32,929 nucleotides of DNA from Octopus bimaculoides (GCF_001194135.2 NC_069000.1:18188781-18221709), one strand, 5' to 3'. Shown: positions 11,261 through 22,111, counted from the stretch's first letter. A program made the numbers and translations. The notes: generated by a model from the letters alone, not told the origin.

Positions 11261-11917
11261 AACGAAAGGTTTGTCGATTTGTGAGTGGTAAAGGAATAAA
11301 TGATTATCTTATAAACATCATTAGCTTACTGCCGTTTCAGCTATAACATGCAGTGGACACATAGCTCTAAGCCTGAGTAAACACTTTATAACTTCATCTG
11401 AATTTCGGATATTCGAAGCATTCAACTATGATTTCACAGCATTTTAGGGCAGAAACAATTGTAAGCTAATGAAGTTCATAAGATTATTCCTTCGCCAAAC
11501 ATCTAATTGCAAGAAAGCAGAATTTCACGGAAAGCATTTAACATTTAAAAAGTTACGTTTTATTTGAAAATGCTTCGAGAAGATGGAACATACCACTGGT
11601 TCCTCTCTTTAACCGAAGTATCTTATGCCTTGCTTTAATTATTGTACCATTCACATATAGGATTCATGATAGGAATATATAGTCGAGCATAACACTAGTC
11701 TGAGCCTTTACTTTTTTAAAGGTGGTTGAAAATGATATCGAGGCGAATTAAATGTTATTATTGGTAGATTGAGCATGTCGACTTGTTGGAAAAGTGAGAT
11801 TGTTGTGTTTCAGAAAAGTTCACGAATGCTTTTGTTAGTTTATAATTTTCAAGAGGAGAATTCTTAAGTTCTACCGAAAGCCTCGCTTGGTTATGTTGGC
11901 AGTTATGGCTGTAATAC

Positions 11918-12120
11918 ATGCCTACATACATGCATATATGTGCATATACATGCATAAATACACACACAAACACATACATAAGTGCACACATATATAAATA
12001 TATTTATACACACACACACCCACACACATATATACATGCTACTCATGTATATACACATACATATACACACTTGCATACATACACACTTGCATACATACAC
12101 ATTTGCATACATACATACAT
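11918..12120. repeat. Degenerate (CA/TA)n microsatellite
   Basis: Read directly from the sequence. Confidence 0.9.
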
Positions 12121-12374
12121 ACTCAATCAATATCGTCAAAATCCTGTCGGAACGTCAGTAAAGCCGGTCCTTCGCAATAGGGGTCGCTTCAGTCACACCT
12201 GCGTTTCCTCGCTCGTGTAACGAAGCGTTAAGGTATAATTCACGAGCGCGCGCGTACAAATACACACAACCACAGACAGCAACACACACACACACACGCA
12301 AACTCGTACGTACACACAGACATTAAGAAACAAACACCACGCCTCTCTTATTCGACTAAAACAGTGGGGGGTTT

Positions 12375-12817
12375 TGGTGGTGGTGGTAGTGGAGGTAGTG
12401 ATGGTGGTGGTGATGATGATGTTTGTGTTCTTGGTGGTGGTGGTGGTGATGGTTTGTTCTTATGGTGAAAGAAGTGGTATTGGTGATGTTGCTGACGATG
12501 CTACATGTTCGATAGTATTACTGTTGTTGTTGTTGCTGGTAGTGGTGGTGGTGGTGGCGGGTGTGATACTGACAATGACGGCAATCATGCTAACAGTGGT
12601 GGTGATAGTGGTGGGCGTAGCGGTGGTAGTTTACGATGGCAGAGGCAGTGTTAAACAGTATGGAGATGTCGACCGATGGGCAAGGGCGGAGGTGGTGGAA
12701 TTAGTGACGGTAATGGTGGTGACGGTAGTGGTGGTCTTGGTGGTGATAGTTGTGGTCCCGGTGGTAGTGGTGTTGGTAGCGATGGTGATGGTACTGGTAG
12801 TGGTAGTTGTGGTGAGG
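12375..12817. repeat. Degenerate (GGT/GAT/GTA)n low-complexity tract running into a gap
   Basis: Read directly; it explains the poly-Val and poly-Gly ORFs. Confidence 0.92.
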
Positions 12818-13479
12818 NNNNNNNNNNNNNNNNNNNNNNNNNNNNNNNNNNNNNNNNNNNNNNNNNNNNNNNNNNNNNNNNNNNNNNNNNNNNNNNNNNN
12901 NNNNNNNNNNNNNNNNNNNNNNNNNNNNNNNNNNNNNNNNNNNNNNNNNNNNNNNNNNNNNNNNNNNNNNNNNNNNNNNNNNNNNNNNNNNNNNNNNNNN
13001 NNNNNNNNNNNNNNNNNNNNNNNNNNNNNNNNNNNNNNNNNNNNNNNNNNNNNNNNNNNNNNNNNNNNNNNNNNNNNNNNNNNNNNNNNNNNNNNNNNNN
13101 NNNNNNNNNNNNNNNNNNNNNNNNNNNNNNNNNNNNNNNNNNNNNNNNNNNTATCCCTTCAAAGTGTGTGTGTGGGTGGGTGGGGGGTGATGTAGGTAAA
13201 GAAGCGAGGAAGAAGAGTCACGCTGTTTTGCTAAATGGGGAGTTTAATTAAAAACAAATAAAAAGAAAGAACACATGAAAAAAATAAAGTAAAAAAAAAA
13301 ACCAGAAAAACAAAAAAGTTTATTTTTTGTGTGGTTTTTTTTTTTTAGTGTGTGTTTTTTAATGAGTAAGAAGATTGGGGAGCAACGGGGTAGGAAGCGG
13401 GTGCAGGGTGCAGGGTGTCCTGTGTCGCTTTATCTATGCCGGCTGAGAAACGCTCGATCAGTTCCGATAAATCAGAGCT

Positions 13480-13765
13480 TATGTATGTATGTATGTATGA
13501 ATGTGTATATATGCAAGTATATATTTTTATGTTTGTAGTTATATACATATATTTTTCTAGATATGTATGTACTGTATGATTGTATGCATGTATGTACATC
13601 TATATGTATGTAGGTAGTTATGTATGCATGTACGCGTGTGTATATATATATATTTATATATATATATACACACATACATGTATATATTTCTGTATGCGTG
13701 CATACTTATACATATATGTGCGTAATTGAGTGCTCGCATTTATGTGGTGTGTGTGTGTGTGTGTA
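13480..13765. repeat. Degenerate (TATG/TA/GT)n microsatellite
   Basis: Read directly from the sequence. Confidence 0.9.
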
Positions 13766-13994
13766 TGCGACTTCAAAAACACGTTGGCTCCAGGTTCGAT
13801 CCCGCTTCACAACACCTTGGGTAAGAACTTCTAGTAAAGCTCAGGATTGACCAATTCCTTGTAAGTGTGATTTTGTTGACAACACACACACACGCACACG
13901 GACACACACACACATGTTTACATATGAGTGTGTTCGTCAAGAGTAACAGAAGCAGTATTTGTTCAAAATAGCAATCTGTGTAGCATGCAATAAG

Positions 13995-14350
13995 GTGTCG
14001 TGTCATCTGCATAAAAGTGACCGTTGTTGCATGAAGAAGCAAGTAAGGTCATTGATGTACAGAAGGAATAAATTGGATTGAAAAAAACGAAACATCCCTT
14101 GGAACACCAGAAACAAGAGTGATACAGAAAGAACTTCGTCAATATGCTGCGGTAGTGCAAGCAGATAGGAAGCTATCAGTTCAAGAATTGAGAGATTGGC
14201 AAAGTCCATAGGTGGAAAGTTTCATAGGAGATTTGCATGCCAGATATGGTCAAAGGCTTGCTGATATATATCTAGGGTAACAACATTGCTTTTCAACGAA
14301 CTTCTCTCAAGTGAGAGCTCACTGATGAATAGTCTCTAGTGGGTTTGGTA
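13995..14350 (-). mobile_element. Decayed CR1/L2/Jockey-group reverse transcriptase fragment
   Basis: Across frameshifts: LIASYL..VFQG (PQG motif)..LFLLYINDL..FYADDT. YADD codons at 14013-14002. Confidence 0.8.
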
Positions 14351-14579
14351 CTGCAGAAGCTGTATTAGTGAGTTAAAATACTAGACGTTTATAGTTATGT
14401 GTATGAATCAGTTGAAGTTACGTGTACGAAGTTATGCATATGAAGCTTTTCGTAATCTTATGGTGACAATGCCATGATGTTTCTGGACGATTGTCGACTA
14501 ACATTTCCCAAAAGAAAGTTGGCAGAACTGTTATATCTATTAGAACTGTTGTATCTATCTATCTGTGTGTGTGTGTCTA

Positions 14580-14624
<45 letters not shown>

Positions 14625-14627
<3 letters not shown>

Positions 14628-14803
14628 CTTAGCGGTATTTCACCAATGCTACGTTCTGAGTTCAAATCCCGTCGAGGTCGACTTTACCTTTCATCCTTTC
14701 GGGGTCGATAAATTAAGAACCAATGAAACACTGGGGTGGATGTAATCGACTAGTCCCCCTCCCCCCAAATTTCAGGCTTTGTGCCTATAGTAGAAAGGAT
14801 TAT
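14625..14803 (+). mobile_element. Abundant SINE, 5'-truncated
   Basis: Same core as the 8785 copy. Confidence 0.85.
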
Positions 14804-15133
14804 TAAAAATTCGACAAAATTGACAACAGCTGCCAAGTGTACCGGAAGCAAATGCACTCGCGCGCGTGTATGTATATATATATATATATAAGCACATACA
14901 CCTTTGCGCGCACATTCACAGAGGCACGGACAAGCACGTACACATATACATACATGCAGACACAACCATTACAGATCATTCACCATTCTTCTTTCTAGAC
15001 CTGTGGTTGATTACCTATTTTACCAGACTCACAAAAGTCACATAAGAATAACTAAAGGTGATGTAGTTATTAGCACTGATTTTACAATCAAACTTACCTG
15101 ACATATTTTTGTTTATTATCAAAAACATATATC

Positions 15134-15516
15134 GTTGGCACTCCGTCGGTTACGACGACGACGGTTCCAGTTAATCCGATCAACGGAACAGCCTGCTCGT
15201 GAAATTAACGTGCAAGTGGCTGAGCACTCCACAGAGACATGTATCCTTAACGTAGTTCTCGGGGATATTCAGCGTGACACAGAGTGTGACAAGGCTGGCC
15301 TTTTGAAATACAGGCACAACAGAAACAGGAAGAAAGAGTGAGAGAAAGTTGTGGTGAAAGAGTACAGCAGGGTTTGCCACCACCTCCTGCCGGAGCCTCG
15401 TGGAGCTTTATGTGTCTTCGCTCAATAAACACTCACAATGCCCGGTCTGGGAATCAAAACTGCGATCTTACAACCGCGAGTCTGCTGCCCTAACCTCTGG
15501 GCCATTGCGCCTCCAC
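15134..15516 (-). mobile_element. Full-length tRNA-derived SINE with 13-bp TSD
   Basis: TSD aaaaacatatatc at 15121-15133 and 15530-15542. Reverse complement of 16672-17063. Confidence 0.92.
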
Positions 15517-16671
15517 CAAAAAAAAACAAAAAAACATATATCAAAGCAGAAATATAATACTAGTTGTGGCCACCCAGTGAACGCGACTGGCTTACTCGAC
15601 GTAGACACCTACAGTTCTCTACCCTTATCCCAAGACTATTATACTATACATTTTCAAATCTATTCCAGAGCGATGTGAAATTAGTTGTCACGTTCAAAGA
15701 ACGATTTTACAATAACTTCAGATCCATGTCAAAAGTTTTGAAAGGCAAGGTCACCCTCGACAGTATTTGAACTCAGAATGTAAAGTACCGGAAGAAAGCA
15801 ATTTCCAACGCTCTAACAAATGCGCCAGCTTGTCCGCTGACTGATAATTATATCCTGTTCAAAGAGACGCCTGAACGTTACTAGTTCAAAATCTATATCT
15901 CAAGATATATATATATATATATATATATAATACAAAGAATATATATACATTTATACACACATATATGTACATACTTACATCTACATGTGTATATACATGC
16001 ATATCAGGGTACAGGACGTTTANNNNNNNNNNNNNNNNNNNNNNNNNNNNNNNNNNNNNNNNNNNNNNNNNNNNNNNNNNNNNNNNNNNNNNNNNNNNNN
16101 NNNNNNNNNNNNNNNNNNNNNNNNNNNNNAGGTCACACGAGAGCAGAGAGGATGGTGGAGGGAGGAAGTGGAACAAGGAGGAAGGGACAGAAGGGTATAG
16201 CAGTGAAGTAGAGGCCAGGACAGAGGTATAGATAGAAAGATGGAGGAAGACAGATAAATAGATAGAAAAATAGATAGATAGATAGACAGATAGATAGATA
16301 GAAAGATAGTCACGTCAGAATAATAGTAGACTTACTTGCAAAAAAGGACGTGTGCGTTCAATAATGTAATAATACAAAGAATATATATACATGTATACAC
16401 ACATATATGTACATACTTACATCTACATGTGTATATACATGCATATCAGGGTACAGGACGTTTATACATATGAGAGAGAGAGAGAGAGAGATTAAGCATA
16501 CACACACGCACACCCATATATACAAAAATACATATTTTCCAAGTTTCCGAGGCAAGGGAAACTACTCTAAACTCATATATTCACGGGGAATAACTCTAAC
16601 GTATTAAGAAAGTATAGACTAGATTCTAAGCATATAACTATGTCAATTGATGTGTGTACGCAGTTCTTATC

Positions 16672-17063
16672 AGTGGAGGCGCAATGTCCCAGTGGTTAGG
16701 GCAGCGGACTCACGGTCATAGGATCACTGTTTCGATTCCCAGACCGGGCGTTGTGAGTGTTTATTGAGCGAAAACACCTAAAAGCTCCACGAGGCTTCGG
16801 CAGGGGATGGTGGCGAACCCCGCTGTACTCTTCCACCACAACTTTCTCTTACTCTTATTTCCTGTTTCTGTTGTGCCTGTAATTCAAAGGGTCAGCCTTG
16901 TCACACTCTGTGTCACGCTGAATATCCCCGAGAATTACATTAAGGGTACACGTGTCTGTGGAGTGCTCAGCCATTTGCACGTTAATTTCACGAGCAGGCT
17001 GTTCCGTTGATCGGATCAACTGGAACCCTCGTCGTCGTAAGCGACGGAGTGCCAACAACAACA
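16672..17063 (+). mobile_element. Full-length tRNA-derived SINE with (CAA)n tail and 12-bp TSD
   Basis: TSD gcagttcttatc at 16660-16671 and 17064-17075. Head gtggaggcgcaatg..tggttagggc..ttcgattccc. A (CAA)n tail is typical of RTE-mobilised elements. Confidence 0.92.
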
Positions 17064-17446
17064 GCAGTTCTTATCTAAAATACAGGCTAGGCGCATGGAA
17101 AACGGAAATCTAACGTAGTGATTCTCAAGCGGTGCACCACAGATATTTGAAAATATAATTTATGGATTCAAAAAAATCTTATAATTCTGCTTCTCACTCT
17201 GTTACTTAGCTCGTCTGTAACGCTTCCATGTGATTAGTTGAAGTGGAGGAAGGACAGGGAGGAGGAGTAGAGGGGAGATAGGGGAGGAAGAGGTCGTGGT
17301 GAGTGAAATGTTTATTTTTTTTCTTTCATCTGTAACGCTTTCACATGATTAGTTGAACGGAAAGGCGAAGAGCGAAAGAAAAAGAAGGTAAGACGAAGAG
17401 TGAGAGAGAAAGCGGGAGAGTGTTGTGTATTAAGTTTATAAAATTG

Positions 17447-17518
17447 TGCATAAAGTAGATAAGGTGTATATATAAAATGCATAAAGTAGATAAGGTGTAT
17501 ATATAAAATGCATCAAGT
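17447..17518. repeat. 31-bp tandem repeat, about 2.3 copies
   Basis: Unit gcataaagtagataaggtgtatatataaaat starts at 17448, 17479 and 17510. Confidence 0.9.
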
Positions 17519-17796
17519 AATCATCGTGTTCCAATATTCTTCAATGAATAGCAGATAAGCGACTATCTTTTGATACAGACAGAACTCAGGGTACCTTTCT
17601 GATTTTTTGGATAAAATTTTCAGAAATAACCCGATAAGTTTACCGTTAATTCCGTGAAATGTACACAGGTCCTACTAGTTCATAATAATATGTAAAGATC
17701 TTGAAAATGAGTAACTCATAATTTTTTTATGCACAAGTATGATCCATAAAATAGAGATAAGCAAAAATTGTGTGTATGTGTGAAAATATTGTTTAA

Positions 17797-18036
17797 ATAA
17801 ACCAACAGCAGTTGTCAAGCGGTGATGAGGGAGAAACACAAAAACAAAGACACACACATACACTTGCATATATACGATTGATTTCTTTCAGTTTCTGTCT
17901 ACGAAATCCACTCACAAGGCTTTGGTTGGTCTGAGACTACAGAAGACACATGCCAAGTTACCACATAGAGGGACTGAACTCGGGCCCATGTGTTTTGGAA
18001 CTAAGTTTCTTACCACACAGCCACACCTGCACCTAT
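17797..18036 (-). mobile_element. Microsatellite-containing SINE, 5' part
   Basis: Matches 20450-20775 (ctttcagtttc..aatccactcacaaggctttgg..cttaccacacagccac). Confidence 0.85.
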
Positions 18037-18495
18037 ACGTTTTGTTCTTACAGTCCTGTTTTTGTTACCACTTTAACCCTCCGCAAAAAATCCCAAATTT
18101 TATTTAATTTGCTTTGCGGGAAGTCACGTCTTGTTCCTACCTTTGAAACACGGAGTAGATGAAACAGGGGACAACTGATGGAGGAAATGTTCTTTATGAT
18201 GCCTGTCTCGTTTCTCCGTTTCTTTCGTTGTTCGAAAAAAAAAGTTCGTTTTCTATGTTTTTGTCTTTTTATGTTCTCGTTTCTCATTGTCAACGTTTTT
18301 TATGATGCCCTGTGCCCATATATGCATGTATATATACATATATATGTAGGTATGTACATATGCGTATATATACGCATATAGTTATATATTATTTATATTA
18401 TTATATATACATCTATGCAGATGTATACATAGATTACAGTTCCTATCTCTAACTTTCTAACGGCTGTCTGTTTGTCTCTCTCAACACACACACAA

Positions 18496-18857
18496 ATAGG
18501 CGTAGGCATAACTGTGTGGTAAGAAGTTTGATTCCCAACCACATGGTCCTGGGTTCATCCCACCGCATGGCAGCTTGGGCAAGTATCTTCTACTATAGCC
18601 CTGGGCCAACCAAGACCTTGTGAGAGGATTTAGTAGATGGAAACTGAAAGAAACCTGCATGTGGTGGGGTGTTTGTTTGTCCCACACCACTGCTTCACAA
18701 CATGTGTTGGTGGGGTTACGTCATAACTAAGAGGTTTGGCAAAAAGTCCAAAAAACTAAGTACCAGCCTTTAAAAATGTACTAAGAGCACTGGAGTCTAT
18801 TTCTTCAACTAAAAGAATTCTTCAAAGCAGCGCCACAGCTTAAATGCAGTCTGAGTC
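18496..18857 (+). mobile_element. Degenerate microsatellite-containing SINE
   Basis: Head aggcgtagg..tgtgtggtaag..gggttcatccc and CORE-like cttgggcaagtatcttc. CpGs are largely lost. Confidence 0.8.
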
Positions 18858-18871
18858 TTTTAAACAAGATA

Positions 18872-18910
<39 letters not shown>

Positions 18911-19346
18911 AATCGGTAACGAATGGCAAATGCATAAAAACAAAAGTCAAATGGAAGTATTCTCTTCTTGGATTGTAAAACACAACCACTTCTGTTTTTC
19001 TGTTGTAAGGCATCAAGTTGTTAAATATGACAATATGGAATATCATGATGATATTCCATATCTTGTTTGTATTCCACTGCCTCTAATATCTTCATTTTTT
19101 TCATGGTCTATCTGTCTTGGCTGAAACATTTTCTTTGCTCTCCACTAACATCCCTTAAATTAGCAAGGAAGTAGTCTAACTGGCTGGGGAAGTCGTGCAC
19201 TTTAATTCTCATATGACATTTTAGATGAAAGGTGGAAAGTATCTCAATATTTTTTTTTTTAATTGAATCATTACTCAAAAAAAAATGTCTTTTGTAGCCA
19301 ATGTAAACAGGTTTAATAAAATCATAAACAGCTCATCTTTCATTAA

Positions 19347-19500
19347 CCCCTTTAGCAATCAGATTACTTATTTATTCACAGTTTTGAATTAATCACACAT
19401 TATCTTGTAGTTTTGAAATTTCAATGATGTGAGTGTTTACTTTTAGATTTTCACATTGTAGACTGAGCGTATGAGGCAAGACATAACAGGCTGAAAAATG
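19347..19500. mobile_element. TTAA-flanked MITE, internally deleted
   Basis: TTAA at 19343-19346 and 19501-19504. Interior homologous to 32061-32281. Confidence 0.75.
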
Positions 19501-19569
19501 TTAACATTCTTATCTTAGATCCATCAGAAATACCTACTTTTAAATTCTCTAGGTAGTGCACATCACCCA

Positions 19570-19799
19570 ATAGGGAGCAGAGGGATGGTTTCCTGGTTTC
19601 TCTGGCATATATATTCTTCCCTGGATGAGATGCTGGTCCATCATAGGGTTACTCAATTTTTATTAGCTGAGTGGACTGGAGCAATGTGAAATGAAGTGTT
19701 TTGCTCAAGAACACAATGCATCACCCAGTCAAGAAATCGAAACTGCAATCTTATGATCAAGAGTTCAACACCTTAACCACTAAGCCATGTGCCTACACA
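19570..19799 (-). mobile_element. tRNA-derived SINE
   Basis: Minus-strand head gtgtaggcacatggcttagtggttaagg..gtttcgattt. Body shared with the 7147 and 2290 elements. Confidence 0.75.
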
Positions 19800-20280
19800 T
19801 AAATTCTCTAGACTAAACAGAATATTTTCCACAGATGTCTGATTCACTAAAGCTGTAAAGTTTTATAAACCTACCTTGATATGAAGTGCTGCAAATAAGC
19901 TGTATTTTTTTATTTCATTAGGTAAATGTTTATGCTTTCTATTATAGAAATCACTTCATTCCAGCCATATGTGTGTGTGTGAATGTCAATGTTTGTGTAA
20001 ACCAATGCAAGCTGACTTATGTTCTTTTATGTAAACAAAGGAATGTATTTGTTCTAAAAAGAAGCACTAGTCTGAAATGAACACTAGGTTTAATATGATC
20101 AACTAAAACTCTTCAAATGCAATGATCTCAGCATGGTCACATTTCACTGATTGAAACCACTAATAGAGATAAGTAAACAAGTCATTTTGTCCATCGCTCA
20201 ACTGGTGCTGCAATTCCAATACCCTAAAAATAACAAAAATAATAATCCTTTCTACTATAGGTACAAGGCCTGAAATATAT

Positions 20281-20573
20281 ACTCTTTTACTCTTAGTTGT
20301 TTCAGTCATTTGACTGTGGCCATGCTGGAGCACCACCTTTAGTCAAGCAAATCGACCCTAGGCCTTATTCTTTGTAAGCCTAGTACTTAATCTATCGGTC
20401 ACTTTTGCCAAACCGCTAACTTATGGGGACGTAAATACACCAGCATCGGTTGTCAAGCGATGTTGGGGGGACAAACACAGACACACACATACATACATAC
20501 ATACATATATATANNNNNNNNNNNNNNNNNNNNNNNNNNNNNNNNNNNNNNNNNNNNNNNNNNNNNNNNNNNN

Positions 20574-20610
<37 letters not shown>

Positions 20611-20775
20611 CGACAAGCTTCTTTCAGTTTCCGTCTACCAAATCCACTCACAAGGCTTTGGTCGGCCCGAGGCAATAGTGGAAGACACTTGCCCAAGGTG
20701 CCACACAGTGTGACTGAACCTGGAACCATGTGGCTGGTAAGCAAGCTACTTAACACACAGCCACTCCTGCGTCTA
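20281..20775 (-). mobile_element. Full-length SINE with internal (TA/TATG)n microsatellite
   Basis: Minus-strand head ggagtggctgtgt..ggttcagtc, CORE-like caccttgggcaagtgtcttc. The internal microsatellite contains the gap 20514-20573. Confidence 0.88.
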
Positions 20776-20787
20776 TATATTTTTTTT

Positions 20788-21629
20788 TTGGGGCGGTGGT
20801 AGTGGTGAGTCTTGTCAATTACATCAACTCTAGTGCTCAGCTGGTACTTACTTTATCGACCCTAGAAGGATGAAAGGCAAAGTTGACCTTGGCTTAACTT
20901 GAACCCAGAATGAGAAAATGAATGAAATGCCGTTAAGCATTTTGCCCAACATGCTAACGATTCTGCCAGCTAATAATAACAATGTTTTCTAATTTAGGCA
21001 CAAAACTTGAAATTTTGAGTAGAGTGGATTAATAGACAATATCAATTGCAGCACTTGACTGGCATTTTTGTTATTGATCCTGAGGAGATCAAATGTAAAG
21101 TTGACCTCAACAGGATTTGAACTCAAAGCATAAGGAGCCAAAACAAATACCGCAAGATATCTTTCATCACTCTAAAATGACTCTGCTAATTCAATAATAA
21201 TAATTCTTGCTACAATAGGCACAAGGTCTGAAATTTTGAGGGAGGAGGAGAGAGTTGATTACGTCAAACTCCATGCTTACCTAGTGCTTGTTTTATTGAC
21301 TCAGAAAAAGGATGAAAGACAAAGTCGGCCATGGCAGAATTTGAGCTCAGAATGTAAGGACGTAAGAAATGCTACTAAGCATTTTGCCCGCATTAATAAA
21401 TAATAATAATAATAATCCCTTCTACTATAGGCACAAGGCCTGAAATGTTGGGGGAGGGGGATGGCTGATTGCATTGACCCCAGTGTTCAACTGGTTCTTA
21501 TTTTATTGACTCAGAAAGGATGAAAGGCAAAGTCATCCCTGAAGAATTTGAGCTCAGAATGTAAGGATGGATGAAATGCCGCTAAGCATTTTGCCCAGCA
21601 CACTTATGATTCTGCCAGCTTACCGCCTT
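20788..21629 (-). mobile_element. Four tandem copies of the abundant SINE separated by short (AAT)n
   Basis: Copies at about 20788-20971, 20981-21192, 21204-21391 and 21415-21629. Each is the reverse complement of the 8785 copy, with different levels of decay. Confidence 0.88.
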
Positions 21630-21638
21630 AATAATAAT

Positions 21639-21678
<40 letters not shown>

Positions 21679-21770
21679 TTAATAATAATATTAATAATAA
21701 TATTAATAATAATATTAATAATAATATTAATAATAATATTAATAATAATAATATTAATAATAATATTAAT
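21629..21770. repeat. (AAT)n microsatellite with higher-order 12-bp unit aataataatatt
   Basis: Read directly from the sequence. Confidence 0.95.
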
Positions 21771-22111
21771 GCCAAAATCTTTTAGAGAGATTAAATAATA
21801 AACAGTTTATATTCACAAAATTTTGAATAAAAACATAAAATTTTAAAATATAATTTAGCTATAAAAGTGGATAAAAAGTCTTTTGGAAAAATATGGAAAT
21901 CAAAAAGTCCAAAGACATGTCCTTAAAAAAACCATTTCAGAAATAGAGTGGAATGAGTACATTCCTCACAAACGTTATTTTCAAAGAGGTTTAAGAAAAA
22001 GAGAAAAACATTTTGATTAATATATCCATAAATCAACCGCACTTATCATGGAAGCAGCAAGTCATGATAAGGCCAAATAAAACCATTTTCAGCAGAACAG
22101 ACGAAAAGTCT

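Noticed and set aside
13400-13470. Two GATA-like words in a small GC-rich patch
   Set aside because: Short motifs are frequent by chance, and there is no independent support.
3643-16313. Long ORFs containing X runs (e.g. 3643-4308, 4731-5771, 9631-10821, 12374-13195)
   Set aside because: They are open only because N gaps contain no stop codons; the flanks are microsatellite or SINE sequence.
15135-17061. Apparently conserved paired ORFs (15135-15341/16855-17061 and 15180-15383/16807-17010)
   Set aside because: The similarity comes from two copies of the same SINE, not from paralogous genes.
18140-18290. Possible hammerhead ribozyme or Penelope-type terminus (ctgatgga at 18175 with imperfect hairpins)
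   Set aside because: The core is CUGAUGG, not CUGANGA, and helices II and III cannot be formed convincingly around the downstream GAAA. An Infernal search with hammerhead models would settle it.
18930-19124. Plus-strand hydrophobic ORF after a pyrimidine tract (acceptor-like at 19009)
   Set aside because: No recognisable family and no upstream partner exon; the opposite strand shows a faint LINE-like trace.
20180-20225. Minus-strand GIGIAAPVERWTK* after a strong acceptor, resembling the peptide deformylase GxGxAAxQ motif
   Set aside because: The conserved Q is missing, a stop follows within a few codons, and the pyrimidine tract comes from an adjacent SINE tail.
20788-21629. Regularly spaced repeats that might suggest a CRISPR-like array
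   Set aside because: The units are about 200-bp diverged SINE copies with microsatellite spacers in a eukaryotic genome, and no cas genes are present.
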